The notes under the pieces were generated by a model. The model was not told the origin of the DNA. It was given only the letters and a program-made list of their open reading frames with translations, and did no database searches. Below, piece after piece: positions 1 to 9,458 of a stretch of DNA of 64,000 nucleotides. Origin of the DNA: Oscillospiraceae bacterium (GTDB taxonomy: Bacteria > Bacillota > Clostridia > Oscillospirales > Oscillospiraceae); NCBI GenBank assembly GCA_902775985.1, contig CACYOR010000002.1, positions 21,139 to 85,138 of the forward strand, given 5' to 3'. How positions within the stretch are numbered: the first letter of the stretch is position 1; each line of letters begins with the position of its first letter. The position numbers and the translations under genes are program-made.

Positions 1-106
1 TGCAAAAGCGCTTCCCTCTCCGCGCTCAAAGGCGTTCTGGAGAAGCACGCCCTTGCATAAGCCCTTCGCCTTGCGCACATCCTAAGGAGGAAAGGGGGAA
101 ATTCCC

Positions 107-658
107 ATGTCCAACGATCTGCTGGTGCAATGCTGTGCGCCGACGCTGGCCGGGCTCAAAACCGGCAGCCTCTTCTCCTGCCCCTGCCCCGACCGAAAGG
201 AGCTGACCGCCCAGATCCGTCAGCTCAACCGTCAGCTTCGCGAGCGGGGTCTGATGATCCTCCCTCTGCGCTATTCTCAAAAGCGTGCCCTGGTCTATCT
301 CTTCCGCCCCCTGGCCCTGCAGCGGGATCTGAAAAACAGCACCGCCCGGGCGATCCTGGACGGGGCCGGATATGGCGGACTGTCCAGCGATCAGTGCCTG
401 TTGCGCCTGATCCGCCGTCTGCGGGAGAGCGGCGATTTTCCCCACGAGATCGGGCTCTTTCTCAGCTATCCGCCCGAGGATGTGAAGGCCTTTATCGACA
501 ACAAGGCCCAAAACTATAAATTCATCGGCTGCTGGAAGGTGTACGGCGATGAGGCCGCCGCCCGAAAGACCTTTGAAACATACAAAAAATGCACAGATTC
601 CTACTGCCGTCTGTTCCGGGCGGGCTATCCCCTGGGGCAGCTGGCCGTGGCTGTGTGA
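107..658 (+). CDS. DUF3793 family protein
   Basis: 183 aa ORF with SD (AAGGAGG) upstream; N-terminal ...CCAPTLAGLKTGSLF... and FPHEIGLFLSYPPEDV motifs match my memory of DUF3793, which typically sits next to flavodoxin as here. Confidence 0.7.
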   Translation: MSNDLLVQCCAPTLAGLKTGSLFSCPCPDRKELTAQIRQLNRQLRERGLMILPLRYSQKRALVYLFRPLALQRDLKNSTARAILDGAGYGGLSSDQCLLRLIRRLRESGDFPHEIGLFLSYPPEDVKAFIDNKAQNYKFIGCWKVYGDEAAARKTFETYKKCTDSYCRLFRAGYPLGQLAVAV

Positions 659-685
659 GAGCAACAGGAAAGGAAGGACACAAAC

Positions 686-1108
686 ATGAAAAACGTAGCA
701 GTGGTATTCTGGAGCGGCACCGGCAACACCGAGGCCATGGCGGAGGCCGTCGCAAAGGGCGCCCGCGCCGCCGGCGCTTCCGCCTCTGTCATCCCCGTGG
801 GCAGCTTTGACGCCTCCCAGATCGCCAAGTTCGATGCCTTCGCCTTCGGCTGCCCCGCCATGGGCAGCGAAGCCCTGGAGGACAGCGAATTTGAGCCTGT
901 CTTCGAGGACGTGAAGGGCTCTCTGGCCGGCAAGAGCGTGGCTCTCTTCGGCTCCTACGGCTGGGGTGACGGCGAGTGGATGCGCTCCTGGGAAGAAAAC
1001 TGCGCCGGCGCTGGCCTCTCTCTCGCCTGCGACAGCGTCATCTGCAACGACGCCCCCGACGATGATGCCGTGGCCGCCTGCCAGGCTCTGGGCGCCGCTC
1101 TCGCCTGA
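686..1108 (+). CDS. short-chain flavodoxin
   Basis: 140 aa; FMN phosphate-binding loop VFWSGTGNTE at N-terminus, acidic short-chain flavodoxin layout; SD GGAAGGA upstream. Confidence 0.9.
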   Translation: MKNVAVVFWSGTGNTEAMAEAVAKGARAAGASASVIPVGSFDASQIAKFDAFAFGCPAMGSEALEDSEFEPVFEDVKGSLAGKSVALFGSYGWGDGEWMRSWEENCAGAGLSLACDSVICNDAPDDDAVAACQALGAALA

Positions 1109-1148
1109 TCGGATACTCACTATCTCTCTCCTTATATAAACCCCCGCA

Positions 1149-1180
1149 GCGCGCCTCCTCGCCGGAGGCGCGTTTTTTTC
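1149..1180 (+). terminator. intrinsic terminator after flavodoxin
   Basis: CGCGCCTCC/GGAGGCGCG stem followed by TTTTTTT. Confidence 0.8.
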
Positions 1181-1210
1181 AATATTCACTTTATCACATT
1201 AAACAAAGGA

Positions 1211-1290
1211 AAATTGTATTCTATACATTGTTGACAAACATGACCCGGAAGCCTATAATCCATTTCGTACAGAAAGCACGGATTCTGTAC
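1211..1290 (+). promoter_or_regulatory. promoter/operator/leader module of ABC operon 1 (TTGACA 1231-1236, 17 bp, TATAAT 1254-1259)
   Basis: consensus -35/-10 with 17-bp spacer; 28-nt block 1211-1238 and 16-nt block GTACAGAAAGCACGGA 1267-1282 are repeated at 6337-6364 and 6393-6408; 1267-1290 forms hairpin GTACAGAA/TTCTGTAC. Confidence 0.7.
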
Positions 1291-1347
1291 CATTCCAAGT
1301 ACACCATGGCTTTGCCACGGAAACAATTCTAACAGGAGGAAAAACAA

Positions 1348-2565
1348 ATGAAAAAGACTCTCGCACTGCTTCTGGCGTTGGTAATGGTCTTTGCGGTCGC
1401 CTGCCCATCCGCGTTTGCAGCGGATCAGGATTATTCCGGCTACACCATCCGCATCTACTCCAACTCCAACTCCACCGAGCGTACCACCTGGCTCATCAAC
1501 GAGGCCAAGGAGGCCGGCTTCAGCATCAGCATCGACGATAACTCCGTTATCTCCGGCGATACCGCCGCTGTCCAGGCCGCCAATGAGAAGAAGGACGGCG
1601 ACCTGATCTTCGGCCTGAACGAGACCCGCTGGGGCCAGCTGATCGACGGCCAGTATGAAAACCTGTCTCTGATCGACTGGGAGCCCTCCTGGGCTGACCA
1701 GGTCGGCGAGTACAAGTATGACGGCCAGGCCTACGGCCTTGTCATCCAGAACGTCCTGATGCTCTACCGCAACGACGAGTTCGGCACCAACGGTGAGGAG
1801 CTGCACTTTGATCACTGGGCTGACGTGGTCAACTCCGGCTACAGCTGGTATCGCCAGAACAAGATCGGCGGCACCACCAACGCCAATATCAACTCCGCCA
1901 TTCTCTATGCTTTTACCGATCCTGAATCCCCCGCCGGCGGCATCTCCGTCGACGGCTGGAAGGCCCTGTGGAAGTTCTGCGCTGACGGCAAATCCGGCGG
2001 TGACGACTACAAGTACGGCTTTGATCCTCTGAACAAGGGCGATGTGGCCATCTCCGAGTTCTATTCCTCCGCTCTCTACGGCAAGATCGACGCCGCGGCC
2101 GAGGGTTCCGAGCATCCCCTGATCGGTGCGCTGGAGCCCGAGAACTGGGCCCTGGTCGACATCGCTGACGGCACCTACTACATCGCCGAGTACATCGGCA
2201 TCCTCGACAAGGCCGGCCGTACCGAGGAGGAGACCGAGGCTGTCAAGGCCTTCGCCGACTGGTTCGGTTCCGCCGAGGTCCAGGCTGCCTGGGCTGAGGA
2301 GTTCGACTCCGTCCCCTGCAACGCCGAGGCTGTTGAGCTGGTCTACGGTGAGGACATCCCCGAGATCTATCTGCTGCCCAACTTCGCTCTGAGCACCGTT
2401 GAGGGCACCGATATGACCTATGCCGCTTACGTGGCTGCCCACTCCGCCGAGTGGACCAATATCATGACCAACCTGGGCTTCTACTGGGCCGACGCCTCCG
2501 ACGCTAAGCCCGAGCCCGATTGGGACGCGCTGGATTGGGCCGTGCTGACCCAGAAGGCCGAGTAA
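1348..2565 (+). CDS. ABC transporter substrate-binding protein (family-1 solute-binding, Fe3+/polyamine-type), secreted
   Basis: 405 aa; N-terminal signal peptide MKKTLALLLALVMVFAVACPSAFA; strong SD AGGAGGA; first gene of SBP-ATPase-permease operon. Confidence 0.8.
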   Translation: MKKTLALLLALVMVFAVACPSAFAADQDYSGYTIRIYSNSNSTERTTWLINEAKEAGFSISIDDNSVISGDTAAVQAANEKKDGDLIFGLNETRWGQLIDGQYENLSLIDWEPSWADQVGEYKYDGQAYGLVIQNVLMLYRNDEFGTNGEELHFDHWADVVNSGYSWYRQNKIGGTTNANINSAILYAFTDPESPAGGISVDGWKALWKFCADGKSGGDDYKYGFDPLNKGDVAISEFYSSALYGKIDAAAEGSEHPLIGALEPENWALVDIADGTYYIAEYIGILDKAGRTEEETEAVKAFADWFGSAEVQAAWAEEFDSVPCNAEAVELVYGEDIPEIYLLPNFALSTVEGTDMTYAAYVAAHSAEWTNIMTNLGFYWADASDAKPEPDWDALDWAVLTQKAE

Positions 2566-2584
2566 GCATTTTCCCTTCGCTCTC

Positions 2585-2614
2585 ATGGGGACTTGGTTCA
2601 TCCCAAGTCCCCAT
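2585..2614 (+). promoter_or_regulatory. intercistronic hairpin (partial attenuator) after SBP gene
   Basis: ATGGGGACTTGG/CCAAGTCCCCAT 12-bp stem between SBP and ATPase genes, weak U tract. Confidence 0.45.
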
Positions 2615-2713
2615 TTCCGCATACCGAAAGCGTTCGGTGTTTCGGCGTGCGGAAGTGGGGACGCCGCCTTCCCCTAACCAGGTCTGATTTTTACATAAAG
2701 GAGTAGAGGCACT

Positions 2714-3751
2714 ATGATCAGGTTAAACGACATCGTTGTGAAATTTGGGGACTTCACCGCCCTGCACAACATCAACGTTCACGTCAAGGAAGGCGAATTC
2801 TTCACCTTTCTCGGTCCCTCCGGCTGCGGCAAGACCACCACGCTGCGCACCATCACCGGCTTCATTGAGCCCGTCTCCGGCTCCGTGGTCGTAAAAGGCA
2901 AGGACATCACCCATGTTCCCATCGAGGACCGGAACATCGGCATCGTGTTCCAGAGCTATGCCCTCTTCCCCACCATGACCGTGTACGACAACATCGCCTT
3001 CGGCTTGAAGGTCAAAAAATTCAAAAAGGCCGAGATCGACCAGAAGGTGCGGGAGATTGCCCGGAAGGTGGATCTCTCCGACGAGCAGCTACAGAAAGCC
3101 GTCTCCCAGCTCTCCGGCGGTCAGCAGCAGCGTGTCGCCATCGCCCGCGCCCTGGTGACCGGTCCGGCCATCATCTGCATGGACGAGCCGCTCTCGAACC
3201 TGGATGCCAAGCTCCGCGTCCAGCTCAGAAACGAACTGAAAAAGATGCAGAAGGACTTCGGAATCACCACCATCTACGTCACCCACGACCAGGAGGAGGC
3301 CCTGACCCTGTCCGACCGCATCGCCGTGTTCAATAAAGGCTACATTGAGCAGATCGGCACCCCCAACGAGGTCTACAACCACTCCAAGACCGAGTTTGTC
3401 TGCAACTTCATCGGCGACATCAACCGCCTCTCCGATGAGGTGATCCAGAAGGCCAAGGCCGCCGGCGGAGACGTGGATCCGACCAAGCACAACTATGTGC
3501 GTCTGGAGCGTCTGCACGTGAATGTGGAGCCGCGGCCCGGTCAGATTGCGCTGGACGGCGTGGTCACCATGCGGGAATACTACGGCCTGTACATCAAGTA
3601 TTACATCGATCTGGGCAGCCAGAGCATCAAGGTCATCGAGAAGAACGACGGCGTGCGGATCTATGAGGAGGGCCAGAAGGTCCAGGTCATCCTCGACCCG
3701 CGGGATATCATGGCCTATGAGCCTGGCGAGGACGCGGAGGTGGAGGCATGA
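2714..3751 (+). CDS. ABC transporter ATP-binding protein (PotA/FbpC-like, with C-terminal TOBE-like extension)
   Basis: Walker A GPSGCGKTT, signature LSGGQQQRVAIARAL, Walker B IICMDEPLSNLD. Confidence 0.92.
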   Translation: MIRLNDIVVKFGDFTALHNINVHVKEGEFFTFLGPSGCGKTTTLRTITGFIEPVSGSVVVKGKDITHVPIEDRNIGIVFQSYALFPTMTVYDNIAFGLKVKKFKKAEIDQKVREIARKVDLSDEQLQKAVSQLSGGQQQRVAIARALVTGPAIICMDEPLSNLDAKLRVQLRNELKKMQKDFGITTIYVTHDQEEALTLSDRIAVFNKGYIEQIGTPNEVYNHSKTEFVCNFIGDINRLSDEVIQKAKAAGGDVDPTKHNYVRLERLHVNVEPRPGQIALDGVVTMREYYGLYIKYYIDLGSQSIKVIEKNDGVRIYEEGQKVQVILDPRDIMAYEPGEDAEVEA

Positions 3752-5661
3752 ACACGACGCTCGACCGCAGGCTCCATCCGGAGCTGCTGGTGCGGATCGT
3801 AGGCGTGGCCTTCTTCGCGTATCTCTTCTTCGGCTTCATGCTTCTGCCCTGCCTCAACACCCTCACCAGCATCTTCAACGTCAAAAACGCCGCCGGCGAA
3901 CGGGACGCCTTTGCCGTCATCCGTTTTTTCCTGGCCGGCAGCATGGGCAAATATGTCTGGAACTCCCTGAAGCTCGCGATTCTGCTGGTCATCACCGTCA
4001 ATGTGGTGGGCATCTCCATCGTGCTGCTGACGGAGTATTTTGACATCAAGGGCGCCCGCATCCTCCGTCTGGGCTATATGACCACGATGATCTATTCCGG
4101 CGTCGCCCTGGTCACCGGCTATATGTTTCTCTACGCCAATGACGGCATTCTGACCACCGCCTTAAAAAACGCCTTCCCCAACATGAACGGCAACTGGTTT
4201 TCCGGCTTCAACGCGGTGCTCTTCACCATGACCTTCGCCTGCACCTCCAACCACGCCCTCTTCCTGCGCAATGCCATCCGCGGTATCGACTACAACACCG
4301 TGGAGGCCGCACGGAACATGGGTGCCAAGCCCTTCAAGGTGCTGTGGAAGGTGGTCTTCCCCACCCTGATCCCCACGCTTTTCTCCCTCACGGTCATGAC
4401 CTTCATTACCGGTCTGTGCGCCATGTCCGCCCCGACCTTGCTGGGCTATGACTCGATTAACCCCGAGATCGTCCGTTTGGCCGGCTCCTCCAGCGCGGAC
4501 GAGGCCTTCCCTCAGGCCCGCGCGGCGCTGTTGTCCATCATCCTGGCCATGTTCACCATCGTGCTGCTGACGGTGCTCTCGGCCTACGAGCGCAAAGGGC
4601 ACTACCTCTCCGTCTCCAAAACCAAGGCCAAGCTTCAAAAGCAGAAGATCAACAATCCCGTTTCCAATGTCCTGGCCCACATTTACGCCTACGTTCTCTT
4701 CATCATCTACATGACCCCCGTGGTGATGATCGTCATCTTCTCCTTCCAGACCTACAGCGCCATCCGCCTGAAAAAGCTGGATCTGAGCCAGTGGACGCTG
4801 GTCAACTACTTTGGGCAGCAGGACTATGAATACCTGACCAGCCGCGGCAAATACAAGACCCGCGTGGGCTCCATCTCCGGCGTCTTTGCCAACGAGGCCA
4901 CCCTCGGCGGCATCAAGCTGAGCTTTGTGCTCTCAGCCCTCGCCGCCGCCCTTGCCTGCGTGATCGTGGTGGTCGCCTGCAACTACATGTTCCAGAAGCA
5001 CCATAAGAAGAGCGGCGTGGTGCTGGAATACGCCCTGCTCTTCCCCTGGCTGCTGCCGACGATCCTGATCTGCTACTCTTACCGCACCTATTTTAACAGC
5101 GATTCCATCTGGTACGTGGGCAACCAGAATCTCTATTACGCTCAGAACGTCCGCTTCCTGATCGTTATGGCCTATACGGTGACGAAGCTGCCCTTCTCCC
5201 TGCGCATGATCAAGGCCTCGTTCTACTCCATTGATGAGGAGCTTGAGGAGGCCGCGCGGAACCTGGGGGCGAGGAAGATCTATACCTTCCTGCGCGTGAA
5301 ACTGCCCATCATCCTGCCCAGCGTGCTGGCCGTCTTCGCGCTGAACTTCAACGCCCTCTTCACCGAGTACGACATGTCCGCCACCTTTGCCAGCACCTAT
5401 GGCACCAGCTATGCCATGGTCATTCAGGCCATGTGCCGCGAGGAGGGCCTCTACGGCTACAATGTCAACGCCTCGGGCCGCCGCTGCGCCTCCACGGTGT
5501 TCATCATGCTTGTCTCCGGTCTGATCCTCTATCTGGTCTACGGCGTGGGCTCCCGCGATCTGGGCGAGCGTCTGGAGATCCGCGACCGCCGCCGCAAGCG
5601 CCTCGACCGTCTCTTCGGCCGGAATAAGAAACAGGAAGGAGTCGTCAAACCCAAGGTATGA
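3748..5661 (+). CDS. ABC transporter permease, fused two-module (FbpB/ThiP-like)
   Basis: 637 aa polytopic membrane protein with two EAA-like loops (VEAARNMGAKPFKV and EELEEAARNLGARK); ATGA overlap with upstream ATPase gene. Confidence 0.88.
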   Translation: MNTTLDRRLHPELLVRIVGVAFFAYLFFGFMLLPCLNTLTSIFNVKNAAGERDAFAVIRFFLAGSMGKYVWNSLKLAILLVITVNVVGISIVLLTEYFDIKGARILRLGYMTTMIYSGVALVTGYMFLYANDGILTTALKNAFPNMNGNWFSGFNAVLFTMTFACTSNHALFLRNAIRGIDYNTVEAARNMGAKPFKVLWKVVFPTLIPTLFSLTVMTFITGLCAMSAPTLLGYDSINPEIVRLAGSSSADEAFPQARAALLSIILAMFTIVLLTVLSAYERKGHYLSVSKTKAKLQKQKINNPVSNVLAHIYAYVLFIIYMTPVVMIVIFSFQTYSAIRLKKLDLSQWTLVNYFGQQDYEYLTSRGKYKTRVGSISGVFANEATLGGIKLSFVLSALAAALACVIVVVACNYMFQKHHKKSGVVLEYALLFPWLLPTILICYSYRTYFNSDSIWYVGNQNLYYAQNVRFLIVMAYTVTKLPFSLRMIKASFYSIDEELEEAARNLGARKIYTFLRVKLPIILPSVLAVFALNFNALFTEYDMSATFASTYGTSYAMVIQAMCREEGLYGYNVNASGRRCASTVFIMLVSGLILYLVYGVGSRDLGERLEIRDRRRKRLDRLFGRNKKQEGVVKPKV

Positions 5662-6275
5662 TTAAAAACATTGTTTTCGACATGGGCCGCGTCCTCATCG
5701 CCTGGGATCCGCCCCGTCTGATCGCCCGCCTCGGATACAGCGGCGAGGACGCCGACCGTCTTCTCCGGGAGGTGTTCAGCTGTGCCGAATGGCAGGGCCT
5801 CGACCGAGGACGTTTGAGCCCGGAGGAAGCCCTGGCGACCATGCTGCCCCGTCTCCCCTCCCATCTGCATGAGGCCGCAGAGCATTTCGTCCGCGCCTGG
5901 TGGGTAGAGGATCTCTGGCCCATCGAGGGCATGGCGGAGCTCGTCCGGGAGGTCAAGGCTCTGGGCTACGGCGTCTACCTCTGCTCCAATGCTACCAGCT
6001 GTCTCCATCAATACTTTGATCGGATTCCCGGCTCGGAGTGTTTTGACGGCAAGATCGTCTCCGCTGACTGGAAGATGCTCAAGCCCCAGCGGGAGATCTA
6101 TGACACGCTCTTCCGGGAATACAGTCTTGATCCCGCCGAGTGCTTTTTCATTGACGACAACCCCGCCAATGTGGAAGCGGGCATGATGCTTGGCATGGAC
6201 GGTGCCGTTTTCTTCCGGGATATGACCCGTCTCCGCGCCGAGCTAATCGCCGCCGGTATCCCGGTCCATCCCTGA
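5658..6275 (+). CDS. HAD-superfamily hydrolase (subfamily IA)
   Basis: 205 aa; motif I VFDMGRVLI, later SN..., FIDDNPANV motif; ATGA overlap with permease gene. Confidence 0.8.
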   Translation: MIKNIVFDMGRVLIAWDPPRLIARLGYSGEDADRLLREVFSCAEWQGLDRGRLSPEEALATMLPRLPSHLHEAAEHFVRAWWVEDLWPIEGMAELVREVKALGYGVYLCSNATSCLHQYFDRIPGSECFDGKIVSADWKMLKPQREIYDTLFREYSLDPAECFFIDDNPANVEAGMMLGMDGAVFFRDMTRLRAELIAAGIPVHP

Positions 6276-6283
6276 TTTTAAAG

Positions 6284-6320
6284 GCTGCGCGTATCGTTTT
6301 GATACGCGCAGCTTTTCTTG
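6284..6320 (+). terminator. intrinsic terminator after HAD gene
   Basis: GCTGCGCGTATC/GATACGCGCAGC 12-bp stem followed by TTTTCTTGTTT. Confidence 0.85.
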
Positions 6321-6336
6321 TTTGGGCAAAGCAGGC

Positions 6337-6416
6337 AAATTGTATTCTATATATTGTTGACAAATTCCGCCGGCACGGCTATAATTCTTTTTGTACAGAA
6401 AGCACGGAATGCTTTC
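6337..6416 (+). promoter_or_regulatory. promoter/operator/leader module of ABC operon 2 (TTGACA 6357-6362, 17 bp, TATAAT 6380-6385)
   Basis: 27/28 identical to 1211-1238 and 16/16 identical to 1267-1282 at the same distance (7 nt) from the -10 box; hairpin GAAAGCA/TGCTTTC 6398-6416. Confidence 0.7.
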
Positions 6417-6442
6417 CATTTGTGGTTGAGGAAAACTTCATA

Positions 6443-6487
6443 ACAAGAAGGGCGTACGCCCTTCTTGTCTTACAGCGCAGCTGTAAG
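6443..6487 (+). promoter_or_regulatory. two abutting hairpins in the 5' leader of ABC operon 2
   Basis: ACAAGAAGGGCG/CGCCCTTCTTGT (6443-6468) directly followed by CTTACAGC/GCTGTAAG (6469-6487), about 70 nt before the start codon. Confidence 0.5.
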
Positions 6488-6554
6488 ACGCGCGCGATTC
6501 GGTGATTCGCAGTTCGGCTGCACACACATAAAATAAAAACAGGAGGAAAAGAAC

Positions 6555-7652
6555 ATGAAGAAGACATTAGCACTGCTGTTGGCTCTGATCATGGTCCTGG
6601 CTCTGGCCGCTCCCACGGCCTTTGCCGACGACATGGAGGATCTTGTCGCTGCCGCCAAAGAAGAAGGCGAGCTGGTCGTCTACGGCTCCTGCGAGGAGGA
6701 GTACCTCGCCGCCGCCTGCCAGAACTTCGAAAAGCTCTACGGCATCAAGGTCAGCTATCAGCGCCTCTCCACCGGTGAGGTTCCCGCCAAGATCGAAGAG
6801 GAGAACGGCAATCCCTCCGCTGACGTCTGGTTTGGCGGCACCAACAACCCCTACGACGGTCTGGCCGCGAAAGGCTTCCTGGACAATTCCTATGTCCCCA
6901 TCAATGCGAGCCACCTCTCCAAGGATCTGTATAAGGATCCCGACGGATACTGGTACGGCATCTATACCGGTCTGCTGGGCTTCATGGTGAACACCGATGA
7001 GCTTGACCGCATGGGCCTCGAGGCTCCCCAGACCTGGGACGACCTGCTCAAGCCCGAGTACAAGGGCCTGATCTGGCTGTCCAACTACAAGACCGCCGGC
7101 ACACCGAAACTGGTCGCCAACCTCATGATCCAGCTGAAGGGTCATGACGAAGGCATCCAGTATCTGGTAGACCTGGATAAGAACGTCGAAGTGTACACCA
7201 AGTCCGGCTCCGGCCCGTCCAAGAACGTGGGCACCGGCGAGTGCGTGATCGGCATCGGCTTCCTGCATGACGGCATCACCCAGATTATCGACAACGGCTA
7301 TGAGAACGTGAAGCTGATCGTCCCGCAGGACGGCACCGCGTGCGAGATCGGCCCCGTGGCCATCTTCAAGGGCGCTGCCCACCTGAACGCCGCCCGTCTG
7401 TTCGTGGAATATGCGCTGAGCCCCGACTGCGTGGAGCTGGCCGCTCAGAACGGCTCCTATCAGTTCCTGGTCATCGACAATGCCGAGCAGCCCGAGGCTG
7501 CCAAGGAGTTCGGCCTGGATCCCAGCCTGGTGTGGGACGGCTATGACTTCGCCGCTGCCAAGGCCGACACCGATCAGAACGTGGAAGACGTCATGGCTGC
7601 CATCGAGAATGCCGGCGCCGACGTGGGCGAGGGTCGTTTCCAGACTTCCTGA
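6555..7652 (+). CDS. ABC transporter substrate-binding protein, Fe(III)-type (AfuA/FbpA-like), secreted
   Basis: 365 aa; signal peptide MKKTLALLLALIMVLALAAPTAFA (near-identical to the signal peptide of 1348-2565); SD AGGAGGA. Confidence 0.85.
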   Translation: MKKTLALLLALIMVLALAAPTAFADDMEDLVAAAKEEGELVVYGSCEEEYLAAACQNFEKLYGIKVSYQRLSTGEVPAKIEEENGNPSADVWFGGTNNPYDGLAAKGFLDNSYVPINASHLSKDLYKDPDGYWYGIYTGLLGFMVNTDELDRMGLEAPQTWDDLLKPEYKGLIWLSNYKTAGTPKLVANLMIQLKGHDEGIQYLVDLDKNVEVYTKSGSGPSKNVGTGECVIGIGFLHDGITQIIDNGYENVKLIVPQDGTACEIGPVAIFKGAAHLNAARLFVEYALSPDCVELAAQNGSYQFLVIDNAEQPEAAKEFGLDPSLVWDGYDFAAAKADTDQNVEDVMAAIENAGADVGEGRFQTS

Positions 7653-7694
7653 TCCGATCGTATGATACAGACTGACTGATCTCCGCAAAACCGC

Positions 7695-7727
7695 AGAGGC
7701 GGCGGGAAATCCCGCCGCCTCTTTCTT
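7695..7727 (+). promoter_or_regulatory. intercistronic terminator-like hairpin after SBP gene
   Basis: AGAGGCGGCGGG/CCCGCCGCCTCT 12-bp stem then TTCTT, between SBP and permease genes. Confidence 0.55.
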
Positions 7728-7745
7728 ATGAAAGGAGATGGATTT

Positions 7746-9455
7746 ATGGCAAGAGGACAAGGGGCGGCATTGGACCGTAAAAAGCTCCTGGCCGATCCCA
7801 TTCTGGTCACCACCATTGTCTTGCTGATTACCTTTTTGACCCTGTTCATTCTCTATCCGCTGGCGATCCTGCTGGTGGACAGCTTTGTGGGTGACGGTAC
7901 CTTCGGGCTGAGTATCTTCAAGCGCATTTTCGCGATGAAGTCCTTTACCCGTGCCATCACCAATACGCTGAAGGTCGGCTTTGTGGTCGGCATTCTTTCC
8001 TCCCTGATTGGCCTGCTCTTTGCGTATGTGGAGGTCTATGTGCGCATGAACAAGTTTGTGGGCGGGCTTTTCAAGGTCGTGTCGATGCTGCCGGTCGTCT
8101 CGCCCCCCTTCGTGCTGTCGCTGTCGATGATCATGCTTTTCGGCAAGGCGGGTCTTATCACCCGTTTTCTGCTGCACATCTACGATAACAGCGTCTACGG
8201 CTACTGGGGCATCGTCATCGTCCAGACCCTGACCTTCTTCCCCGTCTGCTACATGATGCTCAAGGGCCTGCTCAAGAATATCGACCCCTCCCTGGAGGAG
8301 GCCGCCCGGGACATGGGCGCGGGCCGCTGGAAAGTCTTCGCAGACGTGACCCTTCCCCTGATGCTCCCCGGCCTCGGCAACGCCTTCCTGGTCACCTTTA
8401 TCGAGTCCATCGCGGACTTCGCCAACCCCATGATCATCGGCGGCTCTTACGACACCCTGGCCACCACGATCTACCTGCAGATCACCGGCGCCTATGACAA
8501 GGCCGGCGCCGCCGCCATGGCCGTGGTGCTGCTGTGCATCACGCTGCTGATGTTCGCCGTGCAGAAATACTATCTGGAGGCCAAGACCGCCGCCACCCTC
8601 ACCGGCAAAGCCAGCCGCGGCCGCATGCTGATCGAGGATAAGAGCGTGAAGGTCCCGCTCACGGTCTTCTGCGCGCTCGTAGCGATCTTTGTCATCATGA
8701 TGTACATCTGCGTGCCCATCGGCGCCCTCTTCCCCACCTGGGGCTACAAGTTCTTCCCGCTGACCGGCAAATGGTTCAAGCTGGTCTTCACCCGGTACCA
8801 CGGCTTCAAGGCCTTCAAGGACTCCTTTGTGCTGTCGCTGATCGCCGCACCGGTCACCGCACTGCTGAGCATGATCATCTCCTATCTGGTGGTCAAGCGC
8901 AAATTCAAGGCCAAGGGCTTTATCGAGGCGGTCTCCATGCTGGCCATGGCCGTGCCTGGCACCGTTCTCGGCGTCGGCTACATCCGCGGCTACTCGGGCG
9001 GCCTGTTCCACACCGGCGTCCTCCAGGGCATCTACGGCACGGGACTGATCCTGATCATTGTCTTTGTGGTGCGCTCCCTGCCCACCGGCACGCGCAGCGG
9101 TATCTCCGCCCTGCGGCAGATCGACAAGAGCATCGAGGAATCGGCCTACGACATGGGCGCGGACAGCTTCAAGGTCTTCATGACTGTGACGCTGCCCCTT
9201 ATCAAGGACTCCTTCCTCTCCGGACTCGTGACCGCCTTTGTGCGCAGCATCACGGCCATCTCCGCCATCATCCTGCTGGTGACGCCGTCCTTCCTGCTCA
9301 TCACCGTGCAGATCAACGAGTTCGCCGAGAAAGGCTCTTACAGCCTGGCCTGCGCCTTCGCCACCATTTTGATCATCATCACCTACGGTGCGGTGCTGCT
9401 GATGAATCTCTTCATCAAGTATTTCGGCACCAGTCGGAAAATCAAGGAGGATTAA
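7746..9455 (+). CDS. ABC transporter permease, fused two-module (iron-type)
   Basis: ORF opens at 7728 but AAGGAG sits 8 nt before the ATG at 7746; two EAA loops (LEEAARDMGAGRWKV, IEESAYDMGADSFKV). Confidence 0.88.
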   Translation: MARGQGAALDRKKLLADPILVTTIVLLITFLTLFILYPLAILLVDSFVGDGTFGLSIFKRIFAMKSFTRAITNTLKVGFVVGILSSLIGLLFAYVEVYVRMNKFVGGLFKVVSMLPVVSPPFVLSLSMIMLFGKAGLITRFLLHIYDNSVYGYWGIVIVQTLTFFPVCYMMLKGLLKNIDPSLEEAARDMGAGRWKVFADVTLPLMLPGLGNAFLVTFIESIADFANPMIIGGSYDTLATTIYLQITGAYDKAGAAAMAVVLLCITLLMFAVQKYYLEAKTAATLTGKASRGRMLIEDKSVKVPLTVFCALVAIFVIMMYICVPIGALFPTWGYKFFPLTGKWFKLVFTRYHGFKAFKDSFVLSLIAAPVTALLSMIISYLVVKRKFKAKGFIEAVSMLAMAVPGTVLGVGYIRGYSGGLFHTGVLQGIYGTGLILIIVFVVRSLPTGTRSGISALRQIDKSIEESAYDMGADSFKVFMTVTLPLIKDSFLSGLVTAFVRSITAISAIILLVTPSFLLITVQINEFAEKGSYSLACAFATILIIITYGAVLLMNLFIKYFGTSRKIKED

Positions 9456-9458
9456 GCA

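Noticed and set aside
1211-1238. A Fur or Zur box in the shared promoter block of the two iron-type ABC operons.
   Set aside because: The sequence (AAATTGTATTCTATACATTGTTGACAAA) does not fit the GATAATGATAATCATTATC-type Fur consensus or the Firmicute Zur box. Only the short palindrome TGTATnnnATACA is present, so no regulator is named.
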